NCBI GenBank assembly: GCA_964249205.1
Contig: CAXUBA010000002.1
Span: 20,824 to 76,467, forward strand
DNA from: an uncultured Acetobacteraceae bacterium
GTDB lineage: Bacteria > Pseudomonadota > Alphaproteobacteria > Acetobacterales > Acetobacteraceae
Direction of reading: 5' to 3'
DNA: 55,644 nucleotides
Made by a program: the position numbers and the translations under genes. This document shows, in pieces, positions 46,650 to 54,840 of this stretch. Every line of letters begins with the position of its first letter. The first letter of the stretch is position 1. Under the pieces are notes generated by a model, which was given only the letters and a program-made list of their open reading frames with translations, was not told where the DNA came from and did no database searches.

Positions 46650-47074
46650 TCGCCAACCGCGGCCTGCAGCGATTGCGCGGGGTTCGTATCGGTGATCAGG
46701 GCTCCGGCCGCCAACGCTCTCGGTCCGTGTCCGGGCGTGACGGCAAGCGCGCTGTCGCTCCCGAAGCCGGAACTGGAAACCGCGAGGCGCGTGTCGGTCG
46801 CGAGGACGATGTCGCGGCGAAGATCGAAGTCGACCTCCGCCGTCATGCTTTCCGTGTCGAGCCGCACGGACGTCACCCGCCCGACGACGACCCCGCCGAG
46901 GGTCACCGGCGATCCCGAGACGATCCCGTCGCTCGACGAGAACCGGGCGCGATAGGCCGTCGCGTCATCGCCCGTGTCGTCCCGCGTTTCCCCGAGCGCA
47001 TAGACGAGGAAAGCCGCGGTGACCGCGAGCACGGCTCCGCTCGCGAGAAACCCGCCCGCGCCGTGACGCGCCAT
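46613..47074 (-). CDS. mlaD: MlaD/MCE-domain protein
   Basis: The ATG at 47074 is preceded by GGAGGAGGGG. N-terminal TM segment. Contains GIVSGSPVTLGGVVVGRVTSVRLD. The 3' end overlaps the upstream convergent gene by 37 nt. Confidence 0.75.
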   Translation of the reverse strand: MARHGAGGFLASGAVLAVTAAFLVYALGETRDDTGDDATAYRARFSSSDGIVSGSPVTLGGVVVGRVTSVRLDTESMTAEVDFDLRRDIVLATDTRLAVSSSGFGSDSALAVTPGHGPRALAAGALITDTNPAQSLQAAVGDYIFGSGLSSAQ

Positions 47075-47204
47075 AATGACCCCTCCTCCGCTCCCATCTC
47101 GCACGAGCCGAATAGCAGCCACATGCCGGTCGCGGCCATCGGGTTGCGAGCGTTCGTGGAATCGGGGCACGTGCACCCATGACACGGAGCGGAGCGCGAT
47201 CGCC

Positions 47205-48056
47205 ATGACCCCGACTCAGGCCTTGACGATCGCCGCCGTCCAAGGCGCAACCGAGCTGTTTCCCGTCAGCAGCCTCGGCCATGCGGTGATCCTGCCGCGA
47301 CTGCTCGGCTGGAACGTCGACCAGCGCGGCACGGCGTTCCTGCCGTTTCTCGTAATGCTTCATCTCGGCACGGCGGCGGCGCTGCTGCTGTATTTCTGGC
47401 GTGAATGGTGGACGCTGCTGACCGGGGTGCTTGGGCTGGGCGAGCCGTGGAGCGTGCGGGAAAGTCGTCGGGTGACCTGGCTGCTGATCGTCGCGACGAT
47501 TCCGGCGGTGGTGATCGGGGGCGCGCTCGAGCACCTGCTCCGCGCGGTGTTCGGGACGCCCATCCTGGCCGCGCTCTTCCTCGCGATCAACGGCGTGGTG
47601 CTGATCGCGGGAGAACGGCTCCGCGGTCGTGCGGCCGGGCATGCCGGACATAGCAGGAAGCTGTCGTCGCTCAACGCACGCGACGCGCTGGTGATCGGCT
47701 TCTGGCAATGCCTGGCACTCCTGCCCGGCATCTCGCGCTCGGGGACGACCATCGTCGGGGGTCTGCTTCGGGGCATCGACCACGAGAACTCGGCGCACTT
47801 CTCCTTCCTGATCGCACTGCCGGTGATCCTGGCGGCGACCGCGCTCGAGGTCCCGAAGCTCCGGAGCGCGACCCTCCCGCCCGGGACGTTCCACCTGGCC
47901 GTCCTCTGCGCCGTCGTGGCCGGCGTGATCGCCTTCGTCAGCACCGCGGCCCTGATGCGCTACTTCAGGGACAACGACAAATGGGCGCTCGGCCCGTTCG
48001 CGGTCTATTGCATCGTCGCCGGCCTCGGCACGATCATCTACCTCTCGGTCGCCTGA
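47205..48056 (+). CDS. uppP: Undecaprenyl-diphosphate phosphatase
   Basis: Contains QGATELFPVSSLGH and PGISRSGTTIVGG. Confidence 0.9.
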   Translation: MTPTQALTIAAVQGATELFPVSSLGHAVILPRLLGWNVDQRGTAFLPFLVMLHLGTAAALLLYFWREWWTLLTGVLGLGEPWSVRESRRVTWLLIVATIPAVVIGGALEHLLRAVFGTPILAALFLAINGVVLIAGERLRGRAAGHAGHSRKLSSLNARDALVIGFWQCLALLPGISRSGTTIVGGLLRGIDHENSAHFSFLIALPVILAATALEVPKLRSATLPPGTFHLAVLCAVVAGVIAFVSTAALMRYFRDNDKWALGPFAVYCIVAGLGTIIYLSVA

Positions 48057-48060
48057 CGCG

Positions 48061-48840
48061 ATGCGCGCGCTCCTGTTCGCGGCGGCGGCGACGCTGGCGG
48101 TTCTCACGGCGTCGTCGTCGGAGGCGGCCAACATCGCGATCGTGCCGATCTCGCGTCTGCAGCTGCCCTGGTGGAAGGCGCGCTTCGAGGCGAAAGAGGC
48201 GGAGCTGCGGGCGGGGCCCGTCGACATGGTCTGGCTCGGTGACTCGATCACGCAGGACTGGGAACGGCGCGGTCCACCGGACTGGCAGGATTTCGCGCCG
48301 GCCTGGCGTCACTTCTACGGTGGTCGGCACGCGGTCAATCTCGGCTTCAAGGGCGACAGCACGTGCCACCTGCTGTGGCGGATCGAACACGGCGAACTCG
48401 ATGGGATCCATCCGAAGGTTGCCGTCCTGCTGATCGGAGCCAACAACTTCGGCCTCGTCCACACCGATGCCGTGCAGACCTTCGCGGGGATCCAGACGAT
48501 CCTCGACGTGCTTTCCGAGCGGCTGCCGGAGACGAAGATCGTCGTGATCGGCGTCCTTCCGTCCGTCCGATCGCCATGGGTCACCGCCAACACCAATCGG
48601 CTGAACGCGATGCTGGCCGCGAACCTCTCGACGCGTCGCGGGACGCGTTTCGTCGACGCGTCGTCGATCTTCGAGCGGAACGGCACGGTCGATCCTTCGC
48701 TGTTCCTCGACCCGCGTCTCTCGCCGCCCGGGCCGCCGCTTCATCCGGACGCGACGGCGCAGGCCCGGATCGCGGCGATGATCGAGCCGATCGTGGCAAG
48801 TGACCTCGGCGACGCGGAACGCGCTCCGTTCGCACACTGA
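48061..48840 (+). CDS. Exported SGNH/GDSL hydrolase
   Basis: Has a signal peptide. Block I is VWLGDSIT and a later block is LLIGANNFG. It starts 4 nt after the uppP stop. Confidence 0.8.
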   Translation: MRALLFAAAATLAVLTASSSEAANIAIVPISRLQLPWWKARFEAKEAELRAGPVDMVWLGDSITQDWERRGPPDWQDFAPAWRHFYGGRHAVNLGFKGDSTCHLLWRIEHGELDGIHPKVAVLLIGANNFGLVHTDAVQTFAGIQTILDVLSERLPETKIVVIGVLPSVRSPWVTANTNRLNAMLAANLSTRRGTRFVDASSIFERNGTVDPSLFLDPRLSPPGPPLHPDATAQARIAAMIEPIVASDLGDAERAPFAH

Positions 48841-48891
48841 CGATACGTTTCGGTCACGAAGCCTTAACCGCCCGATCCGAAGATCCGGCGG

Positions 48892-49659
48892 ATGGAGTGC
48901 TTTGACCGCCTGCACCTCTTCGTCGCGACCCCCTGCTACGGTGGCGTGGTGACGCAGCGCTACATGGAATCCGTGTTCGCGCTCGCCATCGAGGCCGCGC
49001 GTCTCGGGCTTCGGTTGTCGCTGGCCATGCTGGGCCAGGACGCGCTGATCACCCGCAGCCGCAACACGCTGGTCGGTCGCTTCCGCGGCACAGACGCGAC
49101 GCATGTTCTGTTCGTGGACGCCGATATCGGTTTCTCGCCTGAGGACGTGTTCCGCCTCGTGTCGCACGGGCACGACGTGATCGGCGGCCTTTACCCTGTG
49201 CGTGCCTCGATCTGGGACGACGCGGCGCGCGCCCGGCTCCAAGGGGGTGAAGATCCGGAAACGGCAGCGTTCCGATATGTCGGGGAACCTTCGGGACCGG
49301 TCGGATCGGACGGGCTCGTGCCGGCGCGCTATGCCGGAACCGGCTTCCTTCTGATCTCGCGAGGGGCAATCGAGCGCCTCGTCGACGCCTATCCCGAAAC
49401 CCGATGCCGTCATGGGCACGTCGCGGCCGGACGCGAGCGGGTTGAGGCGGGCTCCGGGGCCGCCCTCGCCGAGTTCCATGCTCTGTTCGACTGCCTCATC
49501 GACCCGACGACGCGAGCCTATCTGAGCGAGGATTTCGCATTCTGCGCACGTTGGCGTGCGATCGGTGGAACGGTCTGGCTGGATCCGACTCTCTCACTGT
49601 CGCACCACGGCATGGGAGAGTTCCGCGGCTCGCCGGCCGCTCGCTTCAGCGGAAGCTGA
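48892..49659 (+). CDS. Putative GT-A-fold glycosyltransferase
   Basis: Contains LFVATPCYGG, ALITRSRNTLVG, LFVDADIGF (DxD) and VIGGLYP. Confidence 0.55.
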   Translation: MECFDRLHLFVATPCYGGVVTQRYMESVFALAIEAARLGLRLSLAMLGQDALITRSRNTLVGRFRGTDATHVLFVDADIGFSPEDVFRLVSHGHDVIGGLYPVRASIWDDAARARLQGGEDPETAAFRYVGEPSGPVGSDGLVPARYAGTGFLLISRGAIERLVDAYPETRCRHGHVAAGRERVEAGSGAALAEFHALFDCLIDPTTRAYLSEDFAFCARWRAIGGTVWLDPTLSLSHHGMGEFRGSPAARFSGS

Positions 49660-49978
49660 AGCCGTGACCGACCAGGTAGCCGCCGGCCAGCAGGATGACC
49701 GACATGCCGGCCAGCGCCACGAGGTTGCCGGTGTTCTGGAACAATCCGCGTCGGAACTCGCGTCCGCGATCCTCGTGCTGCTCCCGAAGGAGCTGGAGGA
49801 AGGCTAGGTTGGCGCGAACGCGCTCGCGCCCGACGAAGGTGTCGCTGTCGATGCCGAGATGATCGAGCGTGTCCGCGACGATCTCGCGGCAGATGGCCTC
49901 GAGGTCATCGCGGGTCGGCGTCGGTGTGCGTGCCCCTGTCGGAAGGTGCGATCGCGTCTCGACGGATCCCATGTTCAT
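49646..49978 (-). CDS. Tail-anchored small membrane protein (phage-associated; function unknown)
   Basis: ATG at 49978, 31 nt after the I-like gene. A charged helical N-domain is followed by a single C-terminal TM (GNLVALAGMSVILLAGGYLVG). Confidence 0.45.
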   Translation of the reverse strand: MNMGSVETRSHLPTGARTPTPTRDDLEAICREIVADTLDHLGIDSDTFVGRERVRANLAFLQLLREQHEDRGREFRRGLFQNTGNLVALAGMSVILLAGGYLVGHGFSFR

Positions 49979-50009
49979 GCCCGATACGCTCAGCGCATTC
50001 GCGAGGTCG

Positions 50010-50726
50010 TCATGCGAAGCGGACCCAGGCGGTGCATGATACGGGAAGTGCGGCTGCGACCGCCGCTTCCACGGTCGCATCCGTCACGAGGTCGCCGAGC
50101 ACGGTTGCGGGCGCATACTCGATCGCACCGACGTTGTAGCCGCCGATCGCGCCGCCGTCCGAAACGGACGAGGTCGAAGCGTAGCCGGTGACCCCGAGCG
50201 TCAGGGTACCAGTCGTCGGACGCGTCGCGTCGATGAAGATCTGGTAGGGCGCCGACAGCGAGCCGTATCGCAGCGTGGCGACACCGTAACCGCTTCCACC
50301 GCCGCCGGCGGGAGACGAGAGGCTTGCGTATGCGCCGGTATCGGCCGGGCGCATCGGCTCGAAGACGGTCACCGCGCTTCCGGTCAGCGAGCTGACCGCC
50401 GTCTCTACCGCGGAGCGGGTCGCGCGTTCCCGAAGCAGGTTGCCGACGATGCGGGCACGGAAGGCGGGATCGGCTTCATCGGGCTTCCGGCGCAATGCGG
50501 TTCCGTTGAAGTCGGCAGAAATCATGTCGAGAAAGGCGCCGCTCGCGGTCGCGATACGGGTCTGGCGCTCCGCGTAGGCGAGCAGGTCGAAGGCGAACGA
50601 CCATGCCTGGCCAAGCCCGGACAGAAGTCCGCTCAGCACCGGCGCCGCGTCGAGCGACGGAAACCAGCGGGCCGGGAGCACGGACGCCATCCGGAAGGCC
50701 ATGTCGGCGGGATCACCCGTCGCCAT
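50010..50726 (-). CDS. Baseplate/tail protein in the gpI / Mu gp48 position
   Basis: 238 aa, starting 1 nt after the J stop. N-terminus reads VLPARWFP...LLSGLGQAW...AERQTRIATASGAFLD. The C-terminal half is Gly/Ser/Thr-rich. Confidence 0.5.
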   Translation of the reverse strand: MATGDPADMAFRMASVLPARWFPSLDAAPVLSGLLSGLGQAWSFAFDLLAYAERQTRIATASGAFLDMISADFNGTALRRKPDEADPAFRARIVGNLLRERATRSAVETAVSSLTGSAVTVFEPMRPADTGAYASLSSPAGGGGSGYGVATLRYGSLSAPYQIFIDATRPTTGTLTLGVTGYASTSSVSDGGAIGGYNVGAIEYAPATVLGDLVTDATVEAAVAAALPVSCTAWVRFA

Positions 50727-50727
50727 G

Positions 50728-51855
50728 TCAGGACACCGTCATCGACGCGACACGGACCACGGTTCCGGGCGATCCACCGACATCGGTCGCGCCACCGTTC
50801 ACAGTCAGTCCGATGACGTTGGTGACCGCCGGATCGATCGCGTAGGCCAACCCTGCGAGACGGGAGAAGGCGAGCGCGGTTCCGACGGGAAGCGCATCGA
50901 CATAGGCGGTGATCGCGTCGGCGGCCGCACTCCGGATCGCGGCGCCGTTCGCGCCCGCCGCGACGACGAGCGTCATATCGATCGACACGCCGATCAGGGT
51001 CGGTCCGATCACCGCGAAGCCGGTTCCGACAGGACGGACGGCATCGACCGCTCCGCTGACAGACGCGAGCAGGCTGGCCGACGGCGCCCCGGTGCCGTCA
51101 TCGACGACCACGACGAAGAAGCCTGGGCGTGCCGCACCCGCGGTATCGACGTTCTCCGTCACCGCGTAGCTCAGACCCTGCTGGACGCCCTCGATCGCGC
51201 TGCCGATCGCGGTCAGCGTCGCCTCGGCGCGCGAGTTGATGTAGGGAACGAATCGTGCCCTGAGGCTTGCATCGCTTTCGGCGTCCGTTCCTCCGGTGCA
51301 AGCCAGCACGTTCGTCACCGTGTCGATGCCGCTGATCGACTGGCCCAGAAGATTGATCGTTCCGGCCTGCACGTTGCCGATCTGTCCCGGGGCCGTGCAC
51401 TGCACCGGAACCGTGATCGACGCGCTTCCGGCCGGCCGCACGTAGGCGCTGGTCGCGGCCGACCAGGCAGGATTCGCCGCCTCGGCCGTCACCGCGAAGG
51501 TGAGGTTGCCGTCCGAGGTTCGGACCAGCGTGCCGACGGGCACCGTCGCCGACTGCGACGCGTAGGCGAAGCACGTCAGCGTGACGTCGCCTGCTGACGC
51601 GGTGCCGGCCAGTCGAACAAGACCGAAGTCGCCCACCCAGCTGTCGACATCCGGACCGTTCGACGTCGCGAGCCGGCACATGGTCATGCACTGCAGGATC
51701 AGATACTGCAGCCAGAGTGCGACCGACGCCGCCGCCTCGAGCAGCGCACGCGTCACGGAGCCTACCGTAAGGTCGACGAGATCGGCGCATGCGCCCTGGG
51801 CGGTCGCACCCATGTTGCCGACGAGGCTCGTGAAGCTTTGAAGCGAGAGCTGCAT
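50728..51855 (-). CDS. Baseplate J-like protein (P2 gpJ / Mu gp47 family)
   Basis: 375 aa. Contains TAPGQIGNVQAGTINLL and ACTGGTDAESDASLRARF, which are typical Baseplate_J motifs. Confidence 0.8.
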   Translation of the reverse strand: MQLSLQSFTSLVGNMGATAQGACADLVDLTVGSVTRALLEAAASVALWLQYLILQCMTMCRLATSNGPDVDSWVGDFGLVRLAGTASAGDVTLTCFAYASQSATVPVGTLVRTSDGNLTFAVTAEAANPAWSAATSAYVRPAGSASITVPVQCTAPGQIGNVQAGTINLLGQSISGIDTVTNVLACTGGTDAESDASLRARFVPYINSRAEATLTAIGSAIEGVQQGLSYAVTENVDTAGAARPGFFVVVVDDGTGAPSASLLASVSGAVDAVRPVGTGFAVIGPTLIGVSIDMTLVVAAGANGAAIRSAAADAITAYVDALPVGTALAFSRLAGLAYAIDPAVTNVIGLTVNGGATDVGGSPGTVVRVASMTVS

Positions 51856-51858
51856 CGG

Positions 51859-52224
51859 TCAGAACCCCGGTGAGAGCGTGATGGTCTGCGAGGCCCCGGT
51901 CGTCGCATCGCTGTACGTGATCGTCAGAGTGACCGTGTTGTCGGCCGCCGAGAGGATGGTCACGGTCGGCACCGGGAGACGCGCCACTGCAGCCTCGAGC
52001 AGGAGCTGGTCACGCACCTTCGTTTCGAGCGACGTCGCGTTGACGGGCATGCCGACGAAGCTCGGCAGACCGCCGCCGTAGCCGAGATCCCAGATGTCGT
52101 CGCCGCGATTGGTCATCAACCTGCGCAGGACCCGCTGTTGGACGTAGATTGTGCCATCCGCGGTCGCGAGATCTCCGACGGTGCCAATGACGAGATCGGC
52201 ACCGACGACATGCGAAATGTCCAT
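51859..52224 (-). CDS. Baseplate wedge protein (gpW / gp25-like)
   Basis: The ATG at 52224 is preceded by GAGGAG. Contains YVQQRVLRRLMTNRGDDIWDLGYGGGLPSFVG. Confidence 0.6.
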   Translation of the reverse strand: MDISHVVGADLVIGTVGDLATADGTIYVQQRVLRRLMTNRGDDIWDLGYGGGLPSFVGMPVNATSLETKVRDQLLLEAAVARLPVPTVTILSAADNTVTLTITYSDATTGASQTITLSPGF

Positions 52225-52228
52225 CGTC

Positions 52229-52756
52229 TCAGCTCCTCGGCACGCCACTGACGTCGGTTCCGGTCGAGACGGCGGTGTGGACATGCGTCTGCAGGCTGAT
52301 CGTTCCGGCGACCACGTCTCCCGTCGCCGTCACCGTTCCGGCGACGTGCAACGCACCGCCGATCGTCGATCCGCCGCCGGTCATGTGGAGATAGCTTCCC
52401 CCTTGCAGGAACACGCCGAATTCACCGGGCTGCACCGGCTTGCCGGTTGCCGGCGAGTTCGGCGGCGTGGTGACCGCGTCGAAGATCCTGGCCACGATCA
52501 CCGGATGCTCGGCATCACCTTCGACGGGCACCACGAGCACCTGGGTGCCGATCTCGCACGGGCAGGCAATCCGGAGGCCTGCACAGGCGAGGCCGGGATC
52601 CGGGATCCATCCGCTCGTGATACCATCCGGCTGTAACTCGACCTTCACTGCGTGATTGCTCGCGTCCGTCGCGCAGACCGTCGCATGGCGAGCGCGGCCG
52701 GAGGCTCCGTTCGCGGCGGCCGCGTGCAGCTTCAGGGTCTCCGCCCAATCCGACAT
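52229..52756 (-). CDS. Baseplate assembly protein V (spike; Mu gp45-like)
   Basis: The ATG at 52756 is preceded by GAGGAGAGG. Contains AVKVELQPDG...TSGWIP and a C-terminal GTISLQTHVHT. Confidence 0.7.
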   Translation of the reverse strand: MSDWAETLKLHAAAANGASGRARHATVCATDASNHAVKVELQPDGITSGWIPDPGLACAGLRIACPCEIGTQVLVVPVEGDAEHPVIVARIFDAVTTPPNSPATGKPVQPGEFGVFLQGGSYLHMTGGGSTIGGALHVAGTVTATGDVVAGTISLQTHVHTAVSTGTDVSGVPRS

Positions 52757-52767
52757 GTCGCCTCTCC

Positions 52768-53811
52768 TCAGGCCGAGATGAGCGCGTGAGCGACGAAACC
52801 CTGCTCGAAGCCCGCATGCGCATCGAGCCGACGGGTCACAAAATCGACGACGTAGGTTCCATCCCATCCGCCGCCGGCGGTCCCGGTCAGACAGATCTGG
52901 TCGCGCGGCGACATCGCGAGTTCGCCTGCCATCTCGCCGGCGATCGCGCGGCCATGTCGCGCCACGTCGCGGTAAAGCGACGTTGCCTTCTTCAGAGCCA
53001 CTTCATCGGTTGCATTCGGAACCACGAAGACCATCGTTGCATTGTCTTCGCCCGTTGCAGGAACGGTCTGTTCCACCACTGTCTTCTGCCGGCTATTCCA
53101 GCTTCGGACCTTGACGCCGACTCCGGCGTCGATCGCGAGCCGACGCTCGAGGCGCAGCCGCGTGAGCCCGAGCGGATTGGCGATCCCGCCCTGCAACGCT
53201 CCGACGTCGACCGAGGTGATCCGGCCGACGGCCGATGACATCGGCAGGAAGTTGAGTGTCCCGTCGGAAACCCAGCAATCGAAGCCCTCGAGATCTGCGA
53301 GCGCGCAGATGATCTCCCAGGCCGTGGCGAAGCGCGTAAAGGACGAGAGCGCGTTCCGAGCGTGATCGATCTGGTAGTATTGTCCGGTGAACGTCGTGGT
53401 CGGGGCAACGTTTGCAAACAGCCCGGCACGCGATGCCAGCGTCGTCGCGACGTCGGACGATGTCTGGTTGACGAACTGGTCGGTTACGACCAGGTCGATC
53501 AGGGAGGCGGTGGCGTCGCGCCCGGAGATGGTGAGAAGTCCGCACCCGACGTCGTGCTCCAACTCATCAATCGTGCCGGCGAACATCGACACCCAGGCCG
53601 CGATCGCGGGATCGCCGAGGGCGAGCTCGATCGCGACTGCAACCGACGCCGTGGGGTTCGCGCCGCTCGCGAGCATGAACGCGACTGCCGGATCCGACGG
53701 ATCGAGCGCGAGCGTCGCGCGGAACGTCCCCGCGCGTCGGCAGGCGCTCGCCTCGAGCTCAACCGCGGTCACCGTGCCGCATGGGAGGCCGCCGATGGCG
53801 ACCTGCGCCAT
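52768..53811 (-). CDS. Phage late control D / baseplate hub protein (P2 gpD, Mu gp44-like)
   Basis: 347 aa from the ATG at 53811. Contains FTGQYYQIDHARNALSSFTRFATAWEIICALADLEGFDCWVSDGTLNF. Confidence 0.7.
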   Translation of the reverse strand: MAQVAIGGLPCGTVTAVELEASACRRAGTFRATLALDPSDPAVAFMLASGANPTASVAVAIELALGDPAIAAWVSMFAGTIDELEHDVGCGLLTISGRDATASLIDLVVTDQFVNQTSSDVATTLASRAGLFANVAPTTTFTGQYYQIDHARNALSSFTRFATAWEIICALADLEGFDCWVSDGTLNFLPMSSAVGRITSVDVGALQGGIANPLGLTRLRLERRLAIDAGVGVKVRSWNSRQKTVVEQTVPATGEDNATMVFVVPNATDEVALKKATSLYRDVARHGRAIAGEMAGELAMSPRDQICLTGTAGGGWDGTYVVDFVTRRLDAHAGFEQGFVAHALISA

Positions 53812-53828
53812 CGGTTCGACAGAATTGC

Positions 53829-54014
53829 TCACGACGACGCGACGGGCGAGCTCGCGCTCGGCACCGGCAGGATCAGGGTCACGACGCCGACGATCATCGG
53901 ATCGTCGATGCCGTTCAGCGCCGCGATCCGGTTCCACTGCGTCGCGTCGCCGAGAGCGGCAGCGGCGACGTGGAAAAGCGTTGTGTTCGAGGCGGTCAGT
54001 GTCTTCGTCTGCAT
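53829..54014 (-). CDS. Tail protein X (LysM-like)
   Basis: 61 aa. Contains TLFHVAAAALGDATQWNRIAALNGIDDP...LILP. Confidence 0.65.
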   Translation of the reverse strand: MQTKTLTASNTTLFHVAAAALGDATQWNRIAALNGIDDPMIVGVVTLILPVPSASSPVASS

Positions 54015-54027
54015 CGGGCCATTCCGC

Positions 54028-54807
54028 TCAGGAGTGGATCGCGGCCAGAACGGCGGTGCCGTCGAGGGCGGCGACGGAGGCGGTCGCGCGGTTGAGATAG
54101 CCTCCAGCCTGCACCGAGGCCGCCAGCGCCTGCGCGCTCCCCGATGCCGCGGTCAGGGATGACGCGTCTGCAACGATGTCCGGCGTCGCGCTCCCGGAAA
54201 GCGACACGAGCGTGACGCCCGCGCCGTCGATCGCCGCTGACAGCGAGGAGGCCACCGCGGTGGTGTCGAGCATCGGGGTCGATGTCGGAGCGGAGGCCGC
54301 GAGCGACGCGCTATCCACGCCGAGTGCCGAGGCGGCGCTTCCGAGCGCAGAAAGGCCACTAAGACCGATCGAGGAAATCGCCTGCCCGAGATCGGCGACG
54401 GCGGCGCCGATGACGGCGCTCACGGTCGTGGCGAGCGACACGGAGACCTCCGGCAGCGCTTCCGCTTGCAGGCGATAGTGGATGATGCTGCCACGAGCGG
54501 CGTATCGGAGTTCGAGCGCGGTGACGACCACGGTCTCGGACCAGGCCCCGATGGTGAGCGAAACCGATGCGCCGCTGTCGCGCAATGCCTCGAGCGTCAC
54601 GGCGCGTTCAACGGCGCCGCTCCCTGTGAGGATGCCACGAAGCTCGCGAACCCGCGGGTTCGCGCCGAGCAACTGCACGACACGACCGCCGCCGATCAGG
54701 CGATGGATCGCCGGCTGCATCGACGAGCTCCGATCGAACACTTCGGGCACTTCGAGCCCGGTCAGCACGACGGGACCGATGGCCACGGGTTGCCAGCTGC
54801 CGCTCAC
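54028..54807 (-). CDS. gpU-like tail protein with an Ala/Ser-rich C-terminal extension
   Basis: The GTG at 54807 is preceded by GAGGAGGA. The N-terminal ~110 aa (HRLIGGGRVVQLLGANPRVRELRGILTG...LEALRDSGASVSLTIG) resemble P2 gpU. Confidence 0.5.
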   Translation of the reverse strand: MSGSWQPVAIGPVVLTGLEVPEVFDRSSSMQPAIHRLIGGGRVVQLLGANPRVRELRGILTGSGAVERAVTLEALRDSGASVSLTIGAWSETVVVTALELRYAARGSIIHYRLQAEALPEVSVSLATTVSAVIGAAVADLGQAISSIGLSGLSALGSAASALGVDSASLAASAPTSTPMLDTTAVASSLSAAIDGAGVTLVSLSGSATPDIVADASSLTAASGSAQALAASVQAGGYLNRATASVAALDGTAVLAAIHS

Positions 54808-54840
54808 GATGGGTCCTCCTCGGTCAGGGGTCGGCAGACG

